From assembly GCA_035473575.1 (NCBI GenBank), contig DATIOA010000046.1, positions 1 to 59,468 on the forward strand: DNA of 59,468 nt, written 5' to 3'. The translations under genes were made by a program, and so were the position numbers. Shown piece by piece: positions 35,470-45,332 of this stretch. This stretch comes from Rudaea sp. Its GTDB lineage: Bacteria; Pseudomonadota; Gammaproteobacteria; Xanthomonadales; Rhodanobacteraceae. Each line of letters starts with the position of its first letter. Within the stretch, counting starts at the first letter, position 1. Under the pieces are notes generated by a model that was given only the letters and a program-made list of their open reading frames with translations, ran no database searches and was not told where the DNA came from.

Positions 35470-35591
35470 TGCGATTCCTGTCGACGGGATGGCGCGGCGT
35501 TCACAGGCAGGGTGAGCGCAGACCCAAGATTCGTCAAGTGACGACGAATCGACAGGATTTCAAGATGGAAATGACGCGCCGCGCGGCGTTG

Positions 35592-36851
35592 TCAGGATTT
35601 CGGCACGCGCGCGGCAATCGCATCGTCCGCGAGATCCGCGGAATCGGCATCCGCGTCCGTGACCGCACGCTGGGCGACGCTACGCGGCTTGTCGCGACGG
35701 GCATTCGTTGCGAACAGGGTGCCCGGCGGCGGCGTTGCCTCGAAATAATCGCGCACCCCGCCGAGGATGGCTGCGGCGAGCTTCTGCCGCTGTACGGGAT
35801 TCTTCAGGCGTTTTTCCTCGGCTGGATTGGTGATGAACGCGGTTTCCACGAGGATCGACGGTACGTCCGGCGAACGCAGTACGACGAAATTGGCTTTCTC
35901 GACATAGCCGCGATGGGTGGGACCGATCTTCGCCAATGCTTGCAACACGCGCTTGGCGACCGCGTCGCTGGCCTCGGCGGTCGCGCCCTGCGATAAATCC
36001 AGCAGCACCGCCGCAAGCGTGTTGTCCTTGTCTTCGAGTTTTACCCCGCCGACGAGGTCGGCGCGGTTTTCGCGGTCGGCCAGCCAACGCGCCGCCTCGC
36101 TGGTCGCGCCGCGCGGCGAAAGCACCCACACCGACGAGCCGCGTGCGTCGCCGCTGGCATAGGCGTCGGCGTGGATCGAGACAAACAGGTCGGCCTTGGC
36201 CTCGCGCGCCTTCTGGTAGCGTTCCTGCAGCGGAATGAAAGCGTCGCGGTCGCGTGTCAGCACGGCATGCATGCCGGGCTGCTTGTCGATGACCTTGGCA
36301 AGATCGCGCGCCACCGCCAGCGTGATGTCCTTTTCGTGCGTGCCGCCCGTGCCGGTGGCGCCGGGATCGACGCCGCCGTGGCCGGCATCGATGGCAACGA
36401 CCACGTCGCGCGGCTTGGCCGCGAGCGCGGCCATGCTCTTGACCGGCGCGCTACTTTTTTTCGTATACAAATCCACGACCAGGCGGTAGTCACCGCCACG
36501 GCCGCGCGGCTGCACGAAACTCTTCGGCTGTACGGCGGCGCTCAGATCCAGCACCACGCGCACGCCGTCCTTGCCGTGCCGGCCGGTGCGCACGCTCTTG
36601 AGCACGCCCGCCCCGGAAGGTGGTGCAAAGCCGCCGGCCAAAGCCGCGTCGCCCATGTCGATGACGAGGCGATCCGGATTCGCAATCTCGAACAATTTGT
36701 AGTCCGGCCGCGCGGAAAGATCGAAGCTGATGCGCAGGTAGCCGTCGCCCTGGGTTGCTCGGGCCGAACGGATTTCAGCCGCCCACGCAGGCGCGGCCAG
36801 CACGGCTGCGCAGGCGACGAAACATCCGATCCGGGCCGCTACTCCCCTCAT
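35592..36851 (-). CDS. amiC: N-acetylmuramoyl-L-alanine amidase (AMIN + Amidase_3)
   Basis: IDAGHGG, EKDITL, FVSIHAD, SILVETAFITN. Confidence 0.9.
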   Translation of the reverse strand: MRGVAARIGCFVACAAVLAAPAWAAEIRSARATQGDGYLRISFDLSARPDYKLFEIANPDRLVIDMGDAALAGGFAPPSGAGVLKSVRTGRHGKDGVRVVLDLSAAVQPKSFVQPRGRGGDYRLVVDLYTKKSSAPVKSMAALAAKPRDVVVAIDAGHGGVDPGATGTGGTHEKDITLAVARDLAKVIDKQPGMHAVLTRDRDAFIPLQERYQKAREAKADLFVSIHADAYASGDARGSSVWVLSPRGATSEAARWLADRENRADLVGGVKLEDKDNTLAAVLLDLSQGATAEASDAVAKRVLQALAKIGPTHRGYVEKANFVVLRSPDVPSILVETAFITNPAEEKRLKNPVQRQKLAAAILGGVRDYFEATPPPGTLFATNARRDKPRSVAQRAVTDADADSADLADDAIAARVPKS

Positions 36852-36952
36852 GCGGCGTATTCAAACGCAAAACCACTACAAATTTCAAGTACTTTTTCTT
36901 TATGAATCGTAGATTTGCACAATAAAGCTCTCGTGCAAATCAGGAATCGCGG

Positions 36953-37420
36953 CTAACCCGCTGTCTTGAGTCCGGTCAACCAACGGCCCCCTGTATCACC
37001 ATGGGCAAGCAGCCGGATATCACGGCCCGAAGCCGCATGGGCCAGGCTTACGGTCAAATCCGGCGGGGGGGTCTCTCCCGCACCGCGTTCGGGCCATTCA
37101 ATCAGCCACAAGACCGGACCATCCGCCAAATCGCGCAGGCCCAGCCATTCCAGTTCCTCGGCGGCGGCGATGCGGTACAAATCCAGGTGTTGCGCGGTCA
37201 AACCCGGCAGTACATAGGATTCGACCAGCGTGTAGGTCGGGCTTTTGACCCGTTCGCCGGCACCGAGCGCATGCAGCAAGGCACGCGCGAACGTGGTCTT
37301 GCCTGCCCCGAGCGGTCCGGCGAGATGGATGCTGCCGCCGCCACGCAGGCGCGGCGCCAAGTCGCGCGCAAGCGCGACGAGCGCATCCTCGTCGATTCCG
37401 CTGAAAGCGATTTCAGTCAT
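36953..37420 (-). CDS. tsaE: t6A biosynthesis ATPase TsaE
   Basis: GPLGAGKTT, VKSPTYTLVESY, HLDLYR, IEWPE. Confidence 0.95.
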   Translation of the reverse strand: MTEIAFSGIDEDALVALARDLAPRLRGGGSIHLAGPLGAGKTTFARALLHALGAGERVKSPTYTLVESYVLPGLTAQHLDLYRIAAAEELEWLGLRDLADGPVLWLIEWPERGAGETPPPDLTVSLAHAASGRDIRLLAHGDTGGRWLTGLKTAG

Positions 37421-38888
37421 CGGCCAATCCATTGCGAAGGCGGCGCAAATGCGCGAACAGATCGCTCGCAAGAGTTCCTGCTTCTCCGTCGCGCACGGCC
37501 GCGTCACCAGCCTGCGCGTGCAGGGAAACACCCATGCGCGCCGCGCGCCACGCATTCAGTCCCTGCGCCATCAGCCCCGCGATGACTCCAGTCAGCACAT
37601 CGCCCATGCCGCCCGACGCCATGCCGGGATTGCCCCATGGACACACGGCCACGTCGCCGTTTTCGTGCGCGACGAGGGTTCCCGCGCCCTTGAGCACGGC
37701 CACGCAGCGATGGCGCGCCGCAAGTTCGCGCACCGCGGCAAAGCGGTCGCTGGCTATGCGTTCGCTGCTCCAACCCAGCAAACGCGAAGCTTCGCCCGGA
37801 TGCGGCGTGATCACGCTGCCCGGCGGCAGCGCGGCCGTTTGCGCAGCAAGCAAGTTCAGTGCATCAGCATCCACGACGACGGGTTTGTGCGAGTCCAATG
37901 CCGCCCGCCAAAGTGTCCGGCTCCAATCGGATTGACCCAGCCCAGGCCCCAACGCGATGACATTGGCGCGGGCGAACAAAGGTGTCAGCGCGACAGTATC
38001 GGTTGTCGCGTGCACCATCACTTCGGGCCGCGCGGCATTGATCGCAACAATATTCTCCTGCCGCGTCGCCGCGCTGACGAGGCCAGCCCCCACGCGCAGC
38101 GCCGCTTCCGCACACAGACGGATCGCACCGCCCATGCCGGCATCGCCGCCAATCGCCAGCACATGGCCGAAGTCGCCCTTGTGCGCGCCGCGCGCGCGCG
38201 GCGGCAACCACGATGCCATCCGGCTCGGATCGAGCAGGCGCGCATCGTATGCCACGTCGGCAAACGCTTCTTCCGGCAATCCAAGGCGATCCAGCACGAC
38301 GGTGCCGCAGTAATCCAGCGCCGCGCCGGTCGACAGTCCGCGTTTTCGCGCGATGAAACTCACCGTGATTTCAGCACGCACCGCCGTACCCAGCACCGCA
38401 CCGGTATCGGCGTTGATCCCGGATGGCACGTCCAGCGCCAGCACCGGCCGGCCCGTCGCGTCCATGTGGCGGATCGTTTCCGCCACCACGCCATCCACCG
38501 GGCGCGCCAAGCCGGTGCCGAAAATCGCATCGACGTAAATATCCGCAGCGGGCAGCCCGTGTTCGGCTGGAATGATTTCTCCGCCGGCATCGCGCCAGGC
38601 ATCGCGTGCGCGCTTTGCATCTGCAGTCACCGGCTCAGCCAGCGCCAGCACGACGGTCGACAAGCCCGCTTCGCGCGCGAGGCAAGCCAGCAGATAGCCG
38701 TCACCGCCGTTGTTGCCGCCGCCGCAGAGCACCGCCAGTCGCGCAATCCGCGGCCAACGCGCACGCAGCACGCGCCAGGCGGCGCCGGCAGCACGCCGCA
38801 TCAGGTCGATACCGGCGATGCCCATGTCCTCGATCGCGTGGCGATCCAGTTCGCGCACCTGCGCGGCGGTATACAAACGCGTACTCAT
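37413..38888 (-). CDS. nnr: Bifunctional NAD(P)HX epimerase/dehydratase
   Basis: GNNGGDG, DVPSG, HKGDFG, TPHPGEA, GGMGDVLTG. Confidence 0.95.
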   Translation of the reverse strand: MSTRLYTAAQVRELDRHAIEDMGIAGIDLMRRAAGAAWRVLRARWPRIARLAVLCGGGNNGGDGYLLACLAREAGLSTVVLALAEPVTADAKRARDAWRDAGGEIIPAEHGLPAADIYVDAIFGTGLARPVDGVVAETIRHMDATGRPVLALDVPSGINADTGAVLGTAVRAEITVSFIARKRGLSTGAALDYCGTVVLDRLGLPEEAFADVAYDARLLDPSRMASWLPPRARGAHKGDFGHVLAIGGDAGMGGAIRLCAEAALRVGAGLVSAATRQENIVAINAARPEVMVHATTDTVALTPLFARANVIALGPGLGQSDWSRTLWRAALDSHKPVVVDADALNLLAAQTAALPPGSVITPHPGEASRLLGWSSERIASDRFAAVRELAARHRCVAVLKGAGTLVAHENGDVAVCPWGNPGMASGGMGDVLTGVIAGLMAQGLNAWRAARMGVSLHAQAGDAAVRDGEAGTLASDLFAHLRRLRNGLADD

Positions 38889-38910
38889 GCGCAAAGTTTA
38901 TACTTTGCGC
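38889..38910. promoter_or_regulatory. Palindromic bidirectional -10 promoter (leaderless nnr/queG)
   Basis: GCGCAAAGT-TTAT-ACTTTGCGC fills nearly the whole spacer; TATACT (+) and TAAACT (-) lie 7 and 6 nt before the start codons. Confidence 0.65.
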
Positions 38911-38911
38911 G

Positions 38912-39985
38912 GTGAATACGCCCGACTACGTCGATCTTGCCGACAACATCAAGCGCTGGGGCTTGGAACTCGGCTTCCAGCAGATCGGCATTGCCGCGAC
39001 CGAACTCGGCGACGACGAAACCCATCTGCTGAACTGGCTGGCGCAGGGCCGCCACGGCGAAATGGATTACATGGCGCGCCACGGCGCGAGGCGCAGCCGT
39101 CCCGCGGAACTGCACGCCGGTACCGTGCGCGTGATTTCCGCGCGCCTGGATTACGATCCGCCCGACGCGCGCGATGGCTGGGAAGTAATCGAAGACCCGG
39201 AACTCGGCTTCGTTTCGCGTTACGCGCTGGGCCGCGATTACCACAAGCTCATGCGCGCGCGTTTGCAAAAACTCGCCGATCGCATTGCGAACGAAATCGG
39301 CCCATTCGGCTATCGCGCGTTTTCCGATTCCGCGCCGGTACTGGAAAAGGCGCTGGCGCGCAATGCGGGCCTGGGCTGGATCGGCAAGCACACCAATCTG
39401 ATCAACCGCCGCGCCGGTTCATGGTTCTTCCTCGGCGAGTTGTATACCGACCTGCCGCTGCCGGCGGACAAAGCCGAAAGCGATCACTGCGGCACCTGCG
39501 TGCGCTGCATCGAGGTGTGTCCGACCCAGGCCATCGTCGGTCCGCAGCAGCTCGACGCACGCCGCTGCATTTCCTACCTGACCATCGAATTGCGCGGCAG
39601 CATTCCGGTCGAGCTGCGTCCGCTCATCGGCAACCGCATCTACGGCTGCGACGACTGCCAACTCGTGTGCCCGTGGAACAAGTTCGCGAAGAAAAGCGTC
39701 GAGCCGGATTTCGCCGTGCGCCATGGACTGGACGGCGCCGCGCTGATCGATTTGTTCGGCTGGAACGAAGCGGAATTCCTGACGCGCACCGAGGGGTCCG
39801 CCATCCGCCGCATTGGCCATGAGCAATGGTTGCGCAACATTGCCGTGGCGATGGGCAATGCGCCACGCAATCCCGCCATCATCGATGCGTTGAAATCACG
39901 CACGGAGCATCCGTCCGCGCTGGTGCGCGAGCATGTGGGATGGGCGTTGGAACAACAGTACTCTATGCCGCCTGTTTCGGAATAG
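38912..39985 (+). CDS. queG: Epoxyqueuosine reductase
   Basis: [48 protein letters not shown]. Confidence 0.96.
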   Translation: MNTPDYVDLADNIKRWGLELGFQQIGIAATELGDDETHLLNWLAQGRHGEMDYMARHGARRSRPAELHAGTVRVISARLDYDPPDARDGWEVIEDPELGFVSRYALGRDYHKLMRARLQKLADRIANEIGPFGYRAFSDSAPVLEKALARNAGLGWIGKHTNLINRRAGSWFFLGELYTDLPLPADKAESDHCGTCVRCIEVCPTQAIVGPQQLDARRCISYLTIELRGSIPVELRPLIGNRIYGCDDCQLVCPWNKFAKKSVEPDFAVRHGLDGAALIDLFGWNEAEFLTRTEGSAIRRIGHEQWLRNIAVAMGNAPRNPAIIDALKSRTEHPSALVREHVGWALEQQYSMPPVSE

Positions 39986-40343
39986 AGTTCTTGGTATGGC
40001 TCATGCGGTTCTTCGCATCGACGTAAACCAGGGTCGGCTTGAAGTGCGCGACTTCGGCTTCGCTCAATTGCGCATAGGCGCAGATGATGACGATGTCGCC
40101 CGGGGATGCGCGATGCGCGGCGGCGCCGTTGACCGAGATGATGCCGGAACCCTCGTCCGCGCGGATCGCGTAGGTGACGAAGCGCTGGCCGTTGTTGACG
40201 TTGTAGATGTGGATCTGTTCGTACTCGCGAATGCCGGAGGCGTCCAGCAAAAGGCCGTCGATCGCGCACGAACCCTCGTAATGCAATTCGGCGTGGGTGA
40301 CACTGGCGCGGTGGATCTTGGCTTTGAGCAGGCTCAGATGCAT
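39963..40343 (-). CDS. panD: Aspartate 1-decarboxylase
   Basis: KIHRA, YEGS, NGQRF.TY, NGAAA. Confidence 0.97.
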   Translation of the reverse strand: MHLSLLKAKIHRASVTHAELHYEGSCAIDGLLLDASGIREYEQIHIYNVNNGQRFVTYAIRADEGSGIISVNGAAAHRASPGDIVIICAYAQLSEAEVAHFKPTLVYVDAKNRMSHTKNSIPKQAA

Positions 40344-40471
40344 GGTGGTCTCACGATCGATCGTGTGTCATTTACGCAACATGGCCGCCTGATTCTGCGG
40401 CGTCGCACAAATTATCCGCGCAGCGTGCGAAATGGGCAAGGCTTGCCGCGAACCCGCCTTGAGCGGGGGCG

Positions 40472-40502
40472 AAAAAAAACCCCCGCTTATGCAGCGAGGG
40501 TT
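40472..40502 (-). terminator. Rho-independent terminator
   Basis: Minus strand AACCCTCGCT-GCATA-AGCGGGGG-TTTTTTTT. Confidence 0.8.
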
Positions 40503-40539
40503 GAATTATCGGAGTGACGATTACCAGAACGATGCCGCC
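40472..40539 (-). ncRNA. Candidate small RNA
   Basis: TTGCAA-N17-AAGGCT promoter upstream and GC hairpin plus U8 terminator; no convincing ORF. Confidence 0.45.
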
Positions 40540-40619
40540 CTGCTAGCCTTGGGGCAACGCGCGAACGTTGCAAAAATCCCGATGGCAGTGGCGAGAATAC
40601 CACAGGCGTTGCGCAAAAG

Positions 40620-41468
40620 CTAGGGGTCGAGAAGCAGATTGTCTATCAGGCGCGCATGACCCAGCTTCGTCGCAATCAAGGCAATCAGGCCGCCGCGTTC
40701 GGATGCATCCGGCACGCACAAATCGGCGGCACGCCTGATCACGACGTAATCCGGAACCGAGCCCGCCGCTTCCAGCGCGGCGCGCGCGTCCGCTTCGATG
40801 GCATCGTGCGAACGACCCGTGTGCACGCGCTCGCGCATCGCGCACAGGGTTCGATGGATCACGCCAGCGCGCTCGCGCTCTTCCGCGCTCAGATATTGAT
40901 TGCGCGAACTCATTGCCAGACCATTGCCTTCGCGCCGCGTCGGCGCGGCAACGATATCCACCGGCAAGCGCAGGTCTTGCGTCATGCGCCGGATCACGAG
41001 CAGTTGCTGGTAATCCTTCTGGCCGAATACGGCGACATCGGGTTGCACGAGATTGAACAGTTTTGTCACCACCGTCGCCACGCCGGCGAAATGTCCGGGG
41101 CGCAGTTCGCCTTCCAGCGTTTGCGTGATCACCGGAACGTCCACGCGCACGCTTGCCGCAACGCCAAACGGATACATTTCATCGACACTCGGCGCGAACA
41201 AGGCATCGCAGCCATGTTCGGAAAGACTGGCGCGGTCGGCTTCGAGCGTGCGCGGATAGTTCGCGAAATCCTCGTTGGGACCGAACTGGGTTGGATTGAC
41301 GAACACGCTCGCGACAATCTTGTCGGCGTGCGCATGCGCGAGTTCGATCAGCGAAAAATGCCCGGCGTGCAGATTACCCATCGTCGGCACGAAGGCGATG
41401 CGATCGCCGACGCGGCGCCACGCCGCAACGTGCGCGCGCAACTCGGCGGCAGCGGCGAACGTGTCCAT
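40620..41468 (-). CDS. panC: Pantoate-beta-alanine ligase
   Basis: VPTMGNLHAGH, FVNPTQF, RPGHF, FGQKDYQQ, MSSRN, RLIDN. Confidence 0.97.
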   Translation of the reverse strand: MDTFAAAAELRAHVAAWRRVGDRIAFVPTMGNLHAGHFSLIELAHAHADKIVASVFVNPTQFGPNEDFANYPRTLEADRASLSEHGCDALFAPSVDEMYPFGVAASVRVDVPVITQTLEGELRPGHFAGVATVVTKLFNLVQPDVAVFGQKDYQQLLVIRRMTQDLRLPVDIVAAPTRREGNGLAMSSRNQYLSAEERERAGVIHRTLCAMRERVHTGRSHDAIEADARAALEAAGSVPDYVVIRRAADLCVPDASERGGLIALIATKLGHARLIDNLLLDP

Positions 41469-42289
41469 CAGAAGGTGTGTTCGGCGGATGGAAACGCGCC
41501 GCTGCGCACTGCGTCCGCGTAGGCGCGAATCGCCTCGCCCACGGAGCCGCAGCCGGCGAGGAAATCCTTCGAGAAGCGCGGACGCTTGCCGGGCGTGATG
41601 CCGAGCATGTCGTAGAGCACCAGCACCTGGCCGTCGCAATCCGCGCCGGCGCCGATGCCGATGGTTGGAATCGAAATTTCCGCCGTGATGCGTTTGGCCA
41701 ACGCTGCCGGCACGCACTCGAGCACGAGCAAATCCGCGCCGGCATCGGCAACGGCCTGCGCATCCGTCAGCAGTTGTGCGGCGGCTTCCTTGCTCTTGCC
41801 CTGCACGCGATAGCCGCCGAGCTTGTGCACGGATTGCGGCGTCAGGCCCAGGTGTGCGCAAACCGGAACCGCGTGTTGTGCGAGCGCGGCAATCACGTCG
41901 AGCACATAGCCCGCGCCTTCGAGCTTGACCATGGCCGCGCCGCCTTCGGCGAGCAGGTGTCCGGCACTGCGCAAGGCCGTGCCCGCATCACGGAAACTCA
42001 TGAACGGCATATCGGCGATGAGCAAGGCGCTCGCCATGCCGCGCGCCACGGCCGCGGTGTGATAAACCATGTCGTCCACGCTGACCGGCAAGGTGCTGTC
42101 GCGGCCCTGCACGACCATGCCAAGCGAATCGCCGACCAGCACGGCATCGACGCCTGCCGTGTCGCATTGCGCGGCGAAGCTGGCATCGTAGGCGGTCAGC
42201 ATGACGATCTTTTCGGTGCGCGCTTTCATCGCGTGCAACTGCGGCACGGTAATGGCGGTGCGCGCGGTGGATTTGGCGTTGGCGTACAT
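41468..42289 (-). CDS. panB: Ketopantoate hydroxymethyltransferase
   Basis: LTAYDA, LVGDSLG, VKLEG, HLGLTPQ, IGIGAG. Confidence 0.97.
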   Translation of the reverse strand: MYANAKSTARTAITVPQLHAMKARTEKIVMLTAYDASFAAQCDTAGVDAVLVGDSLGMVVQGRDSTLPVSVDDMVYHTAAVARGMASALLIADMPFMSFRDAGTALRSAGHLLAEGGAAMVKLEGAGYVLDVIAALAQHAVPVCAHLGLTPQSVHKLGGYRVQGKSKEAAAQLLTDAQAVADAGADLLVLECVPAALAKRITAEISIPTIGIGAGADCDGQVLVLYDMLGITPGKRPRFSKDFLAGCGSVGEAIRAYADAVRSGAFPSAEHTF

Positions 42290-42312
42290 TGCGGACTCCC
42301 TGAGCCGGACGA

Positions 42313-42798
42313 CTATTCTGCCACGCACTCGCAAGTCGAAGCATCGACACCTGCAAGCAGGTCGACAACGCGGCCACGCCCGGGAATACGCAGATCCGGC
42401 GCGATTTCAGCCAGCGGCACGAGCACGAAAGCGCGTTCAGACAGGTGCGGATGCGGCACATGCAGGCCGGGCTCGGCAATGCGCCTTTCGCCGAATACGA
42501 GAATATCCAGGTCGAGCACGCGCGGACCCCAGCGCGTGCCGTCGCGTTCGCGTCCGGCGCTGCGTTCGATGTCCAGCAATCCCGCCAGCAGTTCGCGCGC
42601 AGTAAGTTCGGTTTCGAGTTGTGCGACCGCGTTGACGAATTCGGGTTGATCCGCGCGTCCCCACGGCGCGCTGCGATACAAGCGCGAACGCGCAACGAGC
42701 CGCGTCTTGGGCAGTGTCGCGAGCGCGCGTATTCCGGCTTCGACCTGCGCATGCGGATCGGCGAGATTGCCGCCGAGTCCGATGTATACGTTTTCCAT
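42313..42798 (-). CDS. folK: HPPK (folate biosynthesis)
   Basis: [33 protein letters not shown]. Confidence 0.95.
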   Translation of the reverse strand: MENVYIGLGGNLADPHAQVEAGIRALATLPKTRLVARSRLYRSAPWGRADQPEFVNAVAQLETELTARELLAGLLDIERSAGRERDGTRWGPRVLDLDILVFGERRIAEPGLHVPHPHLSERAFVLVPLAEIAPDLRIPGRGRVVDLLAGVDASTCECVAE

Positions 42799-42811
42799 TG
42801 TGGCTTCCGGA

Positions 42812-44152
42812 CTACGCGGATGCGACTGGAGCCTTGGGCTTGCGCCGCCGACGACGACGTTTCTTCGTCGCCTCAGCCGGGCCGGACGTCTCGGTCGGCG
42901 CGGCAGACAGTTCCTCGGCCAGCGCCTCGTGCGGCGCGGCATGCGCGTGCGTCCACCAGCGGCCGAGCTCGGCAATGTCCTCGCCTTCGGCCGCGCGCAG
43001 CAGCAGAAAATCGTAAGCGCCACGAAAGCGCGGATGGGTGAGCAGACGGAACACGCGCTTCTTCTGGCGGTCGGCGAAACGCGGCTGCAGCACCCAGATT
43101 TCCTGCATGACCTGGCCAAAGCGCCGCGGAATCGCGACATGCTTGGCCTGTTCGGCGATGACCTGGTGGCTCACGCGCTGCCAGGCCAGGTTCGGCTCCA
43201 CGCCGCGCGCGATCTCGCGTTCGGCCTGCGCGCGCACCGCGCCCCAGAGCAGCACCGCAAACAGGAACGCCGGCGTCACCGATTTGCCCTCGGCCACGCG
43301 CGCATCCGTGCCGGCCAGACCAGCCTCGACGATGCTGCGGAAGGCATCGCCGCGGAACGCGAGCGCACGCGCCGTCAGCGGGAACACCGCACCGAGCAAT
43401 CCGGATTGTTCCAGCGCACGGAAACTCTTCAGACCGCTGCCGGCAAGGAACATCTTCAGCGTCTCGTCGAACAGCCGCGCCGGCGGCGCCTGCGCGAGCA
43501 GCTCGCCGAGTTCGGCGAACGGCGCGCGCGCCTCGGGCGCGATGGAAAAATCCAGCTTCGCCGACAAGCGCACCGCGCGCAGCATGCGCACCGGATCCTC
43601 GCGATAACGCTGCACCGGATCTCCGATCAGGCGCAGCACGCGGCGCTGCACATCGTCGAATCCGCCAACGTAATCGCGCACCGAGAAATCGGCGATGTTG
43701 TAGTACAGCGCGTTGACGGTGAAGTCGCGGCGCAGCGCGTCTTCCTCGAGCGTGCCCCAGACGTTGTCGCGCACGATGCGGCCGTCGACGACATGGCGGT
43801 CGCCGGCCCCTTCCTCGTTGCCCTCGCCGCCGCCGCGGAACGTGGCGACCTCGACGATCTCGGGGCCGAACACGACATGGGCGAGGCGGAAACGCCGCCC
43901 GATCAGGCGGCAGTTGCGGAACAGGCGGCGGACGTCTTCCGGCGTCGCGTCGGTGGCGACGTCGAAATCCTTCGGTTGGCCGCCGATGAGCAGGTCGCGC
44001 ACCGCGCCGCCGACCAGATAGGCCGCGTAGCCGGCCTCGTTGAGTCGATAAAGCACGCGCAGCGCGGCGCTGGAAACCTGCTTGCGCGAGATGCTGTGCT
44101 GCTCGCGCGGAATGATGCGCACGGCAGGGAAATTCTGCGGGGATGGATTCAT
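42812..44152 (-). CDS. pcnB: Poly(A) polymerase I
   Basis: LVGGAVRD, KDFDV, LIGRRFRLAHV, RRDFTVNA, EDPVRMLR; start uncertain. Confidence 0.95.
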   Translation of the reverse strand: MNPSPQNFPAVRIIPREQHSISRKQVSSAALRVLYRLNEAGYAAYLVGGAVRDLLIGGQPKDFDVATDATPEDVRRLFRNCRLIGRRFRLAHVVFGPEIVEVATFRGGGEGNEEGAGDRHVVDGRIVRDNVWGTLEEDALRRDFTVNALYYNIADFSVRDYVGGFDDVQRRVLRLIGDPVQRYREDPVRMLRAVRLSAKLDFSIAPEARAPFAELGELLAQAPPARLFDETLKMFLAGSGLKSFRALEQSGLLGAVFPLTARALAFRGDAFRSIVEAGLAGTDARVAEGKSVTPAFLFAVLLWGAVRAQAEREIARGVEPNLAWQRVSHQVIAEQAKHVAIPRRFGQVMQEIWVLQPRFADRQKKRVFRLLTHPRFRGAYDFLLLRAAEGEDIAELGRWWTHAHAAPHEALAEELSAAPTETSGPAEATKKRRRRRRKPKAPVASA

Positions 44153-44233
44153 CGTGTCGTCTTGAGGCGCGCTTCCCGCGCGCATGGGGAATTGTCCCAT
44201 GGAGTCGCGTCCCGGTATACTAATGTCTTGAAT

Positions 44234-44309
44234 GCTCCCATCGTCTAGAGGCCTAGGACGGGGCCCTCTCAAGGCCTAAACAGGGGTTCGAATCCCCTTG
44301 GGAGCGCCA
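44234..44309 (+). tRNA. tRNA-Glu(CTC)
   Basis: GCTCCC..TCTAGAGGCCTAGGA..GGGCC-CTCTCAA-GGCCT..GGTTCGAATCC..GGGAGCGCCA; TTGTCC-N18-TATACT upstream. Confidence 0.95.
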
Positions 44310-44322
44310 ATAAAATTTCGCC

Positions 44323-44646
44323 ATGCCCTTCGTCGTCACCGAAAACTGCATCAAGTGCAAGTACACCGACTGCGTGGAGGTGTGTCCGGTCGACTGCTTC
44401 CACGAGGGGCCGAACTTCCTCGTCATCGATCCCGAGGAATGCATCGACTGCACGCTGTGCGAGCCGGAGTGCCCGGCTGTCGCGATCTTTCCGGAAGACG
44501 ACGTGCCGGCGGGCCAGGAGCACTGCATCCCGCTCAACGCGGAACTCGCGCGCATCTGGCCGGTGCTGACCGAACGCAAGGACGCGCCGACCGATGCCAA
44601 GGAATGGGACGGCAAGACCGGCAAGCTGCCCCTGCTGGAACGCTGA
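44323..44646 (+). CDS. fdxA: 7Fe ferredoxin
   Basis: [29 protein letters not shown]. Confidence 0.95.
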   Translation: MPFVVTENCIKCKYTDCVEVCPVDCFHEGPNFLVIDPEECIDCTLCEPECPAVAIFPEDDVPAGQEHCIPLNAELARIWPVLTERKDAPTDAKEWDGKTGKLPLLER

Positions 44647-44659
44647 AAAACATCCTGCC

Positions 44660-44713
44660 CAGGACAAGCCCGATCAGGGCAAACCCGATCAGGACAAGCT
44701 CGATCAGGACAGG
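44660..44713. repeat. Degenerate 15-bp tandem repeat (3 copies plus partial)
   Basis: CAGGACAAGCCCGAT / CAGGGCAAACCCGAT / CAGGACAAGCTCGAT / CAGGACAGG. Confidence 0.8.
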
Positions 44714-45330
44714 CGTTCGCGCAGGATCTCCAGCACGCGGCGCGCGGCCTCTTCCGGTCCGTTCACTTCCACGCGCGCACCGTCGCCATCGGCGCTGACG
44801 GTCACGGTCAGATTACCGCTCACCGGACGGGTGTCGGCATTGGCCGGTTTGGCGCCGCCGCCGAACGGATGCAGGATGCGCGTGTACCAGTGATGCTCCG
44901 CGGGTGCTGCGGCCGGTTGCGCTGCGGCGCGCAGGCCGGCGACTTCCACGGTGTAGGTGTGCGCCGTCGCGTCGCGCGCGCTGATCGTGCCCGCCTGCGC
45001 GCGTTCCAGCGCGATACCCACGCGCTGCCAGGCATGCTCGACATTGTCGGCGATGCGCAAACTGCCGCCGCCGGTAATCGTGCCCGACGGCGGTGCGCTG
45101 CCGACGTTGCCGGCGGACGCCGGCGTCGCCGTGCCGGGCGAACCGGCTTGCGGGATTGCCATCGCATCGGACGACACCGGCGTGTCCAGATCCGGCGGCA
45201 CTTCCAGCGGCGCGGTCTGCTTCGCCTTCGCATAGTAACTGTTGTCGTGACGGAACCAGCTGCAGCCGCCGAGCAGGCCGGCAACGGCGATCAGGGAAAT
45301 GGCCCAGCGATAGGAAAGAATGCGATTCAC
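44704..45330 (-). CDS. Lipoprotein, BamC/NlpB-like
   Basis: Lipobox LGGC, PLEVPPDL, AWQRVG.AL; downstream of dapA. Confidence 0.75.
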   Translation of the reverse strand: MNRILSYRWAISLIAVAGLLGGCSWFRHDNSYYAKAKQTAPLEVPPDLDTPVSSDAMAIPQAGSPGTATPASAGNVGSAPPSGTITGGGSLRIADNVEHAWQRVGIALERAQAGTISARDATAHTYTVEVAGLRAAAQPAAAPAEHHWYTRILHPFGGGAKPANADTRPVSGNLTVTVSADGDGARVEVNGPEEAARRVLEILRERLS

Positions 45331-45332
45331 GG

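Noticed and set aside
39963-39985. Convergent 3' overlaps queG/panD (also dxs/prmC at 58748-58761)
   Set aside because: Short tail overlaps are common; nothing suggests a function
44660-44713. Possible CRISPR array
   Set aside because: 15-bp units are adjacent with no spacers, and there are no cas genes
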